Below the pieces are notes generated by a model. That model was not told where the DNA came from. It did not search any database and saw only the letters and a list, made by a program, of their open reading frames with translations. From NCBI RefSeq assembly GCF_004010195.1, contig NC_057718.1, positions 24,173,309 through 24,237,308 of the forward strand: 64,000 nt of DNA, read 5' to 3'. The position numbers and the translations under genes were made by a program. The DNA comes from Chiloscyllium plagiosum (lineage: Eukaryota). Positions 53,615 to 64,000 of this stretch are shown here, in pieces (the first letter of the stretch is position 1; the number at the start of each line of letters is the position of its first letter).

Positions 53615-53798
53615 GTAAGCTTGCTTTAAGCCACATTTAATGCTTTTTGGCCTATTTTGCCTCAACTGCTACTGTCGCATATTTACTTTTTCATTGTTTA
53701 GTTGTCTGTTGGACTATATGTTGGGCAGGAGAGGGCAAGGGCGTTGGAACTCTAACTTTGGGAGAATGCAATGACTGACTGACCACTTTTCCCACCAG

Positions 53799-53928
53799 GT
53801 TTCTGTATGAGCTGGCTCAAATTGAAAATTTTTCCGAACGAGTGTTTTGTATCCTTTTCCAGTCCACTTTCTTGGAAAGTATTGCTGCAATTAACCGTAA
53901 GCTGGAAATAATGGATAACTTATGCAAG
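53799..53928 (+). CDS. FMN2: Formin-2 FH2 coding exon, 130 bp: (Q)[43 protein letters not shown]
   Basis: Acceptor ttttcccaccag; donor gtaggc; 184-bp upstream intron; [15 protein letters not shown] matches recalled FMN2 rather than FMN1. Confidence 0.95.
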
Positions 53929-55124
53929 GTAGGCCTCAACACACAAACACACTACATGCCCCATTCTCATTATTAACTTCCAAGGCTACAGAGTCTCCTC
54001 TCCTGCTTTTTTTCATGTTTCCTTTTATGGTTTATTAAAGGGCGTTTATATAAAACAGTCACTACTTAACATTAACAGGTTTTTGCTGTTTTTAAGACCA
54101 TCTTATTGGTGATGGTGGCAAGGGATATGTGCGGACCAAACATTTTCCATTTGAAGATTTTTACGGGTGAAAAATGCAAATACATTAATTACAAGGGTAG
54201 GGGTGGTGTAGTGCTGGATGTGGCTTTTGGAACTTCACATGTATAGCCAAAAGAGTAAAGTGGGGAAAAAAAAATCAACTTTTAAGATGTTTGGAAATGG
54301 TTTGCTATAATAAATGGTGAGTATTACTTAATAGGTCGTCTTGTAAACAGAGGTGCTGATTGTTGAAGCCAGCTTTACTTTTCCAGAAAGATATAAATGG
54401 AGCATTACTTGGAGAACTGTCCAGATTCTGGTAATCCTGAGAAAGATGTGGCATGCTCTCTTGCAAATGGGAGATGAAGTATTTTCTTTCTTTTACCCTT
54501 GTGCATTTATATAATTTTGTATGGAGTACTTGTCCATTTATCATTTTTGTTTTAATTTGTGCAAGCTTAAAATGCCTGTAATGCTAATTGAAAGTTGTTC
54601 CAGTGTCTGACTGGCATCTGATCTCTGGTCCAAATATAAATGTCAGCAGGTTAGAGTTGATGTGACAGACAACCATTTATGACATGATGAAAATAATTTT
54701 TTCATTTAAATGTATGTATGCTTTAACTACCTTTCAGTAATTTGTTTCCAAAAACATTGACGTCACATTACTGTAAAATGTTTAAATGTGATCAGGTTCT
54801 GCTCCAAGAGACAAAAGGCTTACTTGGAACAGCTCACGTGTTCAGTATCCATGGGGGAGATGATCGTGAAGTAGTAATGATGGTCAAAAGTGCAGAAGCC
54901 CAGGTTAATGCTCTGAAGGCAAGTTTTCAAATCCCACCATGGCAGCTGGTAGAATTTCCATTCTAGGTTGATTCATAGAAGCCTGACAGTGTGGAAGCAG
55001 GCCATTCGGCCCATTGAGTCCACACCAACGCTTCAAAGAGCATCTCACCTACGCACGCTGTGAGGCAGCAGTGCTAACCATTGAACCACAAAGTTATTCC
55101 TAAATTCAGCTTTTGAATCACCCA

Positions 55125-55446
55125 TAGTATTCCTACGGTGTGGAAACAGGCCGCTTGGCCCATCAAGTCCACACCAACCCATTCCGCTAACCTATTGTGC
55201 TGCATTTCCCCAACAACTACACCTAACCTACACGTCCTTGGTCACTGTGGGCAATTTAGCATGGTCAATTCACCTAACCTGCACATCTTTGGGGTCTGGG
55301 AGGAAACTGGAACACATGGAAGAAGCCCACAAGACATGGGGAGAATGTGCAAACTCCAGACAGATAGTCGCCTGAGGCTGGAATGGAACCCGGATCTCTG
55401 GCGCTGAGAGACAGCAGTGTTAACCATTGAGCCACCATGCCACCCA
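55125..55446 (-). mobile_element. HE1/V-SINE-like SINE (a collapsed fragment also lies at about 54975-55090)
   Basis: Reverse head taaccattgagccaccatgccaccc and core ggagaatgtgcaaactcc. Confidence 0.85.
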
Positions 55447-56090
55447 TACAACAACAATTTGAATGTACATTACAAAGACCCTTCATTTTGACTTCTTTTT
55501 TCTTGATCCTTTCGTTGGATTTGGGTTAGAAAACTGTAATGGAACACTGCCTTTGAAAAGGTCTTAAGTGTAGTTGACTTGAGATACATATCCGTGGATG
55601 GGAAAAATAAAACAAGCAGCCAAATTTCGCTGGATAGTGAAAGAGATAAAGAATAAATTGAAGCTGAAAAAGCATGGATATGACAGCTGATGCAGTTTAA
55701 AACCAGATTGAGTACAGAAAATTTAGGTGGGAAACTGGAGAAACGTAGACATAAAGGGAGAGAATGAGAAGAGATTAACAGCTAACCTAAAAGGGAATCT
55801 GAAACGTTTTTATATTTTTAAAGATGTAAATAGAAAAAAGGGTGATGAGATGTGACATTAAAAAGGGCATTTCACATAAAGGCAAAGAGTATTGCTAAAG
55901 TATGAGGTGAGTATTTTGTTTTCCTCGGTAATGATGGGTAGAATGTTACCAAGGTTGTAGTGGAAGATGTGGTCAAGTTACCAGAGGATGCTAATTGATA
56001 AAGAGGAACTGGTAGGCTATGCTAAAGTCACTGGATCAGCTGTGTACAAGGACACTAAAAGTAAGGGTGGAAATTGTAGATGCTCTGAAA

Positions 56091-56605
56091 GCACTGCTAG
56101 CTCACAGCGCCAGGGACCTGAGTACCCTCGGCTAGTAATCTTTTCCAAATTGAAGCCTGTCAGCTTGTTCCACCCACTCTATTGATCTTTAAATCCTCAC
56201 CGTCTCTGTTGCCCCAACTCTCAACACAGCTTATGCCTACCAATATTCTTCCCTTCACCATTTCCTCCCTGAGTCTGTTAATTTCTCATACTCAAACCAT
56301 GTTATAATCATTGGGATAAATATTCCATTCACTGGAGTGTTGAGAGTGGTGATTCCAGCCTGGGGCGACTGTGTGTGTGGAGTTTGCATATTCTCGCCGT
56401 GTCTGCATGGGTTTTCTCCAGGTGTTCCGGTTTTCTCCCTCAATCCAAAAATGTGTGAATCAGATGAATTGCCCATAGTGTTAGGTATATTGGTCAGGGG
56501 GAAATATAGGGTAAAGTAATGGGTCTGGGTGGGTTCCTCTTCGCAGGGTTGATGTGGACTTGTTGGGCCAAATGGCCTGTTTCCATACTGTAGGGAATCT
56601 AATAA
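56091..56605 (+). mobile_element. HE1-like SINE interrupted by an inverted copy (about 230 bp) of nearby sequence
   Basis: Head gcactgctagctcacagcgccagggacctg, then insert 56121-56353, then gattccagcctggggcgactgtgtgtgtggagtttgca and tail. Confidence 0.85.
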
Positions 56606-57465
56606 TCTTCCAAACCTCTTTAGATACAGGGATTGTACCAAACAATTGGTGAATATCACACTCTTGTTCAAAAGGATGCTTGGATAAGTTCAGAAACTAC
56701 AGGTCAGTCAGTTTAGCCTCAGTGATGGCAAAATAGTTTTTGTTGGATTGCCATTTTGAAATATCAATCACCTGGGAAGATACAGATTAATGAAGGAAAG
56801 CCAGTATGAATTTGTAGAGAGTAAATTGTGTTGAGTCAAATTGCTGGAGTTTTGAGTTCACAGAAAAGGCTGATAAGGGGATACTGTTTGTGCTATACAT
56901 CACTCTCTCAACACTCCAGTGAATGGAATATTTCTCCCAATGACTATACCATGGTTTGAGTATGAGAAACTAACAGACTCGGGGAGGAAATGGTGAAGGG
57001 AAGAATATTAGTAGGCATAAGCTGTGTTGAGAGTTGGGGCAACAGAGACTGTGAGGATTTAAAGATCAATAGAGTGGGTGGAACAAGATGACAGGCTTCA
57101 ATTTGGAAAAGATTACTGCGGGCTAGCTGAGGGTACTGAAGGATCTGGAAGGCGTTGCACCCATGGTAGTTTGATTGGGGCTTTGGCAGAAAATATAGTA
57201 AATGGCTAAGGTTTAAGGAAGAGTGAGATATCATCAAAGTAACTAACTTTCCAGTCAAATTATTGTGTAAATGTAATCATCCTCTAAGATTTGTAAGGTA
57301 AAAAGACATGGTGTAAAACCAAATTAAACAATTGGTTAGTGATAAGGTCATTTAGATACTTTGTAAGTGCTGTAGATTTTCCCAAGTCTGTTTAAACTAA
57401 GCTCTTTATTGTAAGACATTTTGCTCTAAAGATGACCATTTCTGAACCCCAGACACAGTCTAAGG

Positions 57466-58950
57466 ATATGGTGAAGGCCATTTAGGACTGAGACAAGGAG
57501 AAACGTCTTCACCGAGAGTGACGATCTTGTGGAATTTTCTAGCACAATGTGGTTGAGGTCAAACATTGAATGTTTTCAACAAGGAGTTAGTGTAGGTCTT
57601 GAGGCTAAAGGGTATGGGTGGAAAACAGGAGCCGAATGCTGAGTTGGACAATTGATTTTATTGAATGGCGGAGCAGGCTAGGAGAGCAGAATAACCTACT
57701 CCTGCTTCTCTTTTCTATACCTTTTATGTTTAAGCTGTGGTTAGTATAATGGGAAATGGCATGTTTACTGTTGAGCTTGTGTTTCAGAGGCAAAAGTGAG
57801 GACTGCAGATGCTGGAGATCAGAGTCTAGGTTAGAGTGGTGCTGGAAAAGCACAGCAGGTCAGGCGGCATCCGAGGAACAGGAAAATTGACGTTTTGGGC
57901 AAAAGCCAGAGGTTGTATTTTCAATTCTTACTGCTGAAAAACAAAACTATAGTCAATAAATATAGTCAATTCACTGGCATTGAAAGCAATGATGCAAGTT
58001 GGCATTTTTTTAAGAAACCCAACTAGTTCATTGTCCCAAAAAACTTCAGTCCTACATAGTCAAGCGTACATCTGACCGTGAAGTGGCTCTAGTAAATTAT
58101 TCCGATGAAGAATGAATGCACTTTAAAAAGGCAATGAATACATCTTTCACAATGCCCCATATCCTGAAAATAAGTATTGTTAGTTTAAATGCTGCTGTTG
58201 CCAATTATATGGTGAAGGCCATTTAGGACTGAGACAAGGAGAAATGTCTTCACCGAGAGTGACGATCTTGTGGAATTTTCTAGCACAATGTGGTTGAGGT
58301 CAAACATTGAATGTTTTCAACAAGGAGTTAGTGTAGGTCTTGAGGCTAAAGGGTATGGGTGGAAAACAGGAGCCGAATGCTGAGTTGGACAATTGATTTT
58401 ATTGAATGGCGGAGCAGGCTAGGAGAGCAGAATAACCTACTCCTGCTTCTCTTTTCTATACCTTTTATGTTTAAGCTGTGGTTAGTATAATGGGAAATGG
58501 CATGTTTACTGTTGAGCTTGTGTTTCAGAGGCAAAAGTGAGGACTGCAGATGCTGGAGATCAGAGTCTAGGTTAGAGTGGTGCTGGAAAAGCACAGCAGG
58601 TCAGGCGGCATCCGAGGAACAGGAAAATTGACGTTTTGGGCAAAAGCCAGAGGTTGTATTTTCAATTCTTACTGCTGAAAAACAAAACTATAGTCAATAA
58701 ATATAGTCAATTCACTGGCATTGAAAGCAATGATGCAAGTTGGCATTTTTTTAAGAAACCCAACTAGTTCATTGTCCCAAAAAACTTCAGTCCTACATAG
58801 TCAAGCGTACATCTGACCGTGAAGTGGCTCTAGTAAATTATTCCGATGAAGAATGAATGCACTTTAAAAAGGCAATGAATACATCTTTCACAATGCCCCA
58901 TATCCTGAAAATAAGTATTGTTAGTTTAAATGCTGCTGTTGCCAATTATA
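57466..58950 (+). repeat. Tandem duplication with a 741-bp unit (contains a CR1 3' end, a PLE pLTR arm and a SINE remnant)
   Basis: 57466-58209 repeats at 58207-58950; identical ORFs at 57605 and 58346; one difference seen (C57504/T58245). Confidence 0.95.
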
Positions 58951-59280
58951 GTAATCATATTAATGGTAATTAATATGAAAGTACATCATGTATATGTCAT
59001 ATTAATATGATAATGCATAATCATGTGATTGTTTACTTGGCATTATGATAAATGAGACAACAGCTTTTGAACTATTTATTTTTGGGATATGGGACATTGG
59101 GAAAGATGAATTCTTTGTAATTGTTTACTTGGCACTTGGAAATTTAGAGAAAATTATTCACAAATGGTTCTCAAGGGCCAATTTAAGCATCTTGACCTTA
59201 GAATGATGATGATTTCAGAACCAATGATTATAGTAAAGTTAAGAGCTTGAGCTAAAACTTTTTTTCTCTTATTGCCTCAG

Positions 59281-59427
59281 ACACTCCAAACAAGTGCCAG
59301 TGTAAAGCAGGTGCTGGGTTTGATTCTTGCTTTCGGAAACTATATGAATGGAGGGAACAGAAGTCGTGGCCAAGCAGATGGTTTTGGCTTAGAGATCCTT
59401 CCAAAGCTCCGAGATGTGAAGAGCAGT
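59281..59427 (+). CDS. FMN2: Formin-2 FH2 coding exon, 147 bp: [49 protein letters not shown]
   Basis: Acceptor tttttctcttattgcctcag; donor gtaagt; FH2 signature GNYMN. Confidence 0.96.
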
Positions 59428-62391
59428 GTAAGTACATGGTCAACACAAAACTGGCATTGCTGGAGAAACAGAAGGCTCACTTGACTCAAAAGGTTAACTC
59501 TGTTTTCTCTCTAGAACTGCTGCCAGATCTGTTGAATTTCTCGAGCATTTTCTGTTTTTGTTTCAGAATTCCAGCATTGGCAGTTCTTTTATGTGATAGG
59601 TGCACTTGTTTGTTTCCAGAAAAGCTGAGCATAAACCTGTTTGTAATCTTCCAACTGTTAATCTGTAGTGTTGTGAACAAGCAAAGTTTAGAAGTATTAA
59701 TAATGTTTATAGCTAATTTAGGAGAATGTGTAGAGAGTGGCAGTTATCTAGAGATAGCAAATTGTAGATAGCCGTGTAGTATAAACTATCTGACTCTTTC
59801 AGCCAATGGTTAAAATGCAATGCTGTGGACAGCTAGGTATTGCGAGCATTTATGCTGTGTTTGTAGATGATAACTCCTGACCACTGGACCAAAATCATTC
59901 TTTAAAGTTATTGTACATGACAGCTCTTGGAATGGTTGTCTCCACCTTTTGGGAGAGTTGACACTGGAATTGAAGCATTCCATCCAAAAACAGATAAGTG
60001 TGGTTGAGAAATCGAAGGTGGGTTTTGCTTAACATTGGCTTGGTTCCCACACAAGCAGATGTCTGAAGGAATGGTTTCCAGCGTGGCTTTTATGAGGTTA
60101 CAGGAAAATGTCCATTGAGGAATATTGAATCAGCTTGTAATGTATCAGTCAAAGGACATAGTACCTCCTCTTTAATATGTGGTCTATAAAATGCCCGACA
60201 GAAAGATTAAAAGTTCTTTAATGGTCAGTATACAGGAGAACCAATTGTGTAAGCTACAAGAAGCTGTGGGGCCAACAGTTTACAACAAGCTCAATAATAT
60301 ATGTAAAGCGAGTTTCTTTTTGGAGTACAAGTTACACGTGATTGAGTGGATACCAGCAGTTTAAGCACTGGTCAGTATTATCTCTGGCAAGTTGCAAATG
60401 GTCATCTTAAGTTTTAGTTTTCTTCAGATTTAATTGATCCATTTAAAAAAATGAGTGATATTTCTTGGTCTGGATGTAAACAAGATTAATATTTCATTCA
60501 GACATAATTTAAAATAAATAATTTAGCTTAAAAGAGTCTGATCAGAAATAGCAACTGACATTGCGAAGAAAGGGAGAATTGTGAATAATTTCCCTGCAGT
60601 GAATAAAGGTGATGACAAACTGGGATGTGGGTTAGAGAGGTTGCTGAGTTTATTCGTGAAGGAAGTAGCACATCAATCAAAAATAGTCTATTAAAGAGAT
60701 TAAGATGAGTTCATTTCCTTCAGTAACACAGTACAGCTTTGATTTGTTTCCAGTTACTGAACCTGTGCAGTACAAATATAATTTTTGGTTCTTTTTAATA
60801 TGTGCTGAATCACTTTACGGCAAATTGGCCCAGAGCGATTTGAATGTGTAGAAGTGTGTTTTGAGTCATTAGAAATGATGTGAATTTCTTACCAGCGCCA
60901 AAATGACTGACTTGCGATGTCTTGCTGCCAATCTTCCTTTAAAATACCAGTTACTGAAATTACTGGTTAATTTACACAGTACCAAAAATGTAATAAGAAA
61001 ATAATTTTCAGACCTGGCAGATTCCAATCGACCACTTCCAATTGGCACATTGCCGTTAATCTTCAAAGTTACTGATGATTAGTCACCACCTAAAAATTAA
61101 CTGTGAAATAAATCTTACAACTGCTGGCTCCTAACCTGTCATCAAAATTGATATGCAACTTCAATCAGCATAGGATAGGCTTGATGGGCGTGTTGGTCAT
61201 TTCCTGCTGGTTATCTTTCTTGTAATTTCAGTAGGAGTAAACCTAAGGTTGTTACTGGATCCGAAGAAGAGTCCAATCAGTTGAAGGGTTTACTGTGGCT
61301 CTCTGTCCATAGATGCTGTGTTTCAGTGGTGTTGTTTATTATTATCAGGTTAATCACTCATCTGCATGTGAACCTTCAGTTCAAAACTTAACCAAATATA
61401 TAGCCAACTTGTGTACAATTTATTACATTGTATGAAAAAAATATATATTTGCATTTCTTATTTTTGCCTTCGGTTTATCAGCAGAAGTTTCAACTGCCCA
61501 TATATGGTCGTCTCAGTATAAAAATCTGGTTACAGCTGGAAATAGAAGCATCTTATTGAAGTTTTTTATGTTGCATTGATCAGGACAATTCACAAGAAAT
61601 GCCACAGTAAAGGGACAACAATGTTCATCCTGTATTAGAGAAGTGGAGCCTGATTGGTAGCAGTGTTGCCATGCGAATCTACCAGTTAATGACTTCACTC
61701 ATGTGCACGATACGATGAGCCTGACGCTCAATCGTAAATTGGTTGTCAGTTCGCACACTCAGACGTGCGTGGCAAGTGTGGTCCAATTGCAAATCATATC
61801 TAATGTTAGATGCTGTTGAGTTTTGAAAGTGTCAGCTACTTGCATAGGGTCAGGACCTTGTTGCAAACAGTCAAACTGACTTGCAGTGTGATATCAGCCA
61901 TCCTCTTTTGAGTGTATGACCTACATACCTAACATTACACTGGCACTGAAATTCAAATAGCATCTTCCTTATCTGTGATAAACAGGAATGGTTTATTTTT
62001 GGCAGGATCATACCATTGTAAATGAAAATGTTGTTTTCTCTTAGATTTCGCATTTCTTGCAAATTGTCCTAATGAAAGCAAGACCAAAAGCTTTGACAAA
62101 ATTAGTCCCCTTTTTTTTTCAGCAGTATACAACTTCTGTACCACTAAATGACTTTTTAAAATCAGGTTTTAGCAAAAGCAAAATATTGCAGATGTTGGAA
62201 ATCTGGAGAGAAAAATCAATGCTGGAAATTGTCAGCTGTTCTGGCAGCATTTGTGAAGAGAGAAAAAGTTAATGTTGCAAGTCAAACATGACCTTCAGAA
62301 AGAAAGTAGAAATGCAATGGGTTTCTTTTGATCCCATAGGATCTCTATCTCTGATTATGTTTTTTTTTGTCCTGTATCCGTCTGAATCTTG

Positions 62392-62657
62392 GGGTAAAAA
62401 CAATGACTGCAGATGCTGGAAACCAGATTCTGGATCAGTGGTGCTGGAAGAGCGCAGCAATTCAGGCAGCATCCAACGAGCAGCGAAATCGACGTTTCGG
62501 GCAAAAGCCCTTCCTTAGGAATAAAGGCAGAGAGTCTGGATCAGCTTCAGGCTCTCTGCCTTTATTCCTGATGAAGGGCTTTTGCCCGAAACGTCGATTT
62601 CGCTGCTCGTTGGATGCAGCCTGAATTGCTGTGCTCTTCCAGCACCACTGATCCAGA
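62392..62657. mobile_element. Fold-back PLE pLTR mini-insertion, young
   Basis: Arms at about 62426-62538 and 62548-62660, tail 62392-62425; 16-bp TSD atccgtctgaatcttg (62376-62391, 62658-62673). Confidence 0.9.
62564..62599 (+). ncRNA. Minimal hammerhead ribozyme motif, intact core
   Basis: attc-CTGATGA(62568-62574)-a-GGGC-tttt-GCCC-GAAAC-GTC(62593-62595)-gatt. The mirror copy on the - strand reads CTAAGGA (core mutated). Confidence 0.8.
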
Positions 62658-63622
62658 ATCCGTCTGAATCTTGTTCATGATCTTGCTTATAGACCAAGCT
62701 GTTCTTTATTCTTCCATTCAGACTTTCACTGGACAAATGCTTGGTGTTCTCGCCACAGCCATTAACACTCCTTTCGTCTTTTGTTCCATGACATCTTTGT
62801 AATTTAATCCCTCCTGTCTTGTACCCAACCAAAAACCTTCACTTTTGTTCTTCCTCCTCTTCCACCCTTGCCCTCACTTTTCAACAGCATTAAAATACAT
62901 TGCGTTCCTTTCTTCTGACAGTTCTGAATGAGAGCCATCACGACTCATTTGTCATGCTTCTCTCTGCACAGCTGCTGCCAAACCTGCTGGCTATTTCCAA
63001 AGTTTTATTTATTCTGTAAAAGTCTGGTTGCCTACTTTTGATGGCTTTAAACTTGCTCCTGGCCTCTACATTGTGCTGTTGAACCTTATGAACTGAGAAC
63101 CAGTTCAGTTCTTTGAGTTTGTTATCATAGCTTAAAACATGAGCCTTGAAATTAATTTTGAACTAATGATTTTGTTTTCTTTAAGCAGTGAATTCCAATG
63201 GCTAATGAGGGAATAGAGGAGTTAATAATCCTTGACAGTGTGGGAGCTGAATTAGTGAATAGTTGGGATGACAACATCACTGAAGCACTACTGGGTTAAT
63301 GACTCTCAATATTGATCATTTCCCTCCTGCGCGCCATCAGTAATCTCTCTTTGCCAGTCATACCGTGAACATACAGTGAGCAAGTAGTTAGAAATGTACA
63401 GAAAGAAAATCATGAATCACAGCTTCTTGCAACTTCAACAGCATGCTAGCAATTAATATCCTATTCCAGGAGATAGCAGCCTTCTGTTTATTGAAAAATA
63501 TTTTTAAAAATTTGCCTGAAATGAAAGTTGAAAGCTAACAGAGTTGGTGATAATATTAATGTTTTGGCATTGAGAGACCATTGTCTGTAGGCTAATAGGA
63601 ATCGGGCAATAAACAAAAATGG

Positions 63623-63784
63623 ATTAGTGGTGCTGGAAGAGCACAGCAGTTCAGGCAGCATCCAAGGAGCTTCGAAATTGACGTTTCGGGCAAAAGTCCT
63701 TGGATGCTGCCTGAACTGCTGTGCTCTTCCAGCACCACTAATCCAGAATCTGGTTTCCAGCATCTGCAGTCATTGTTTTTACCT
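63623..63784. mobile_element. Fold-back PLE pLTR mini-insertion truncated inside the HHR
   Basis: Arms 63620-63668 and 63697-63745, tail to 63784; 15-bp TSD aataaacaaaaatgg (63608-63622, 63785-63799). Confidence 0.88.
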
Positions 63785-64000
63785 AATAAACAAAAATGGC
63801 TCATCAAATTAGTGTTGTGCCGTAGGTACCAGTTCTAGAGTGTCAAATACTTGCAGTTTATATAAATTGATAGATAAAGAGATATAAAGGATGGTTTCTC
63901 CATTTTTTGACAAAATAAAGATAGGGAAGAAAATAAGTAAATAGGGCACAATAAGTTACAAAGGATATATTAAGTGGCTGAATGGAGCACACAGTAAGTT

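Noticed and set aside
61584..61610. cag|GAC AAT TCA (DNS...) resembling the start of the next FMN2 exon
   Set aside because: It continues QEMPQ-stop with no match to the expected SLLSYIV-like peptide. The next exon is probably beyond the window.
1..64000. CRISPR arrays, operons or other prokaryotic systems
   Set aside because: No regularly spaced repeats or dense coding; the sequence is a eukaryotic intron-exon locus.

Overview
Vertebrate genomic DNA, most likely from a cartilaginous fish (shark). This is inferred from HE1/V-SINE-like SINEs and dense CR1 LINE and Penelope-like families. The only host gene I can support is four + strand coding exons of the FH2 domain of a formin, best matching FMN2 (34361-34422, 53526-53614, 53799-53928, 59281-59427). 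They have canonical AG/GT boundaries and splice in frame. The rest is intron filled with decayed retroelements: CR1 LINEs, tRNA-headed SINEs, a solo LTR with a 4-bp TSD and GIY-YIG Penelope-like elements (PLEs). The most striking signal is a set of minimal hammerhead ribozyme (HHR) motifs (CTGANGA-stem II-GAAAC-GTH) at PLE 3' ends. Seven short fold-back PLE insertions are each flanked by a 12-16 bp target-site duplication and carry a 28-45 nt tail on one arm only. Four HHR cores are intact, and all four lie on the FMN2 sense strand. Other structure includes a near-perfect 741-bp tandem duplication, an inverted templated insertion inside a SINE, an old 139-bp local duplication and a 15-bp inverted repeat just upstream of an exon. 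Repeat boundaries were read by eye and are approximate unless TSDs are given. Family names come from recall, not database searches.
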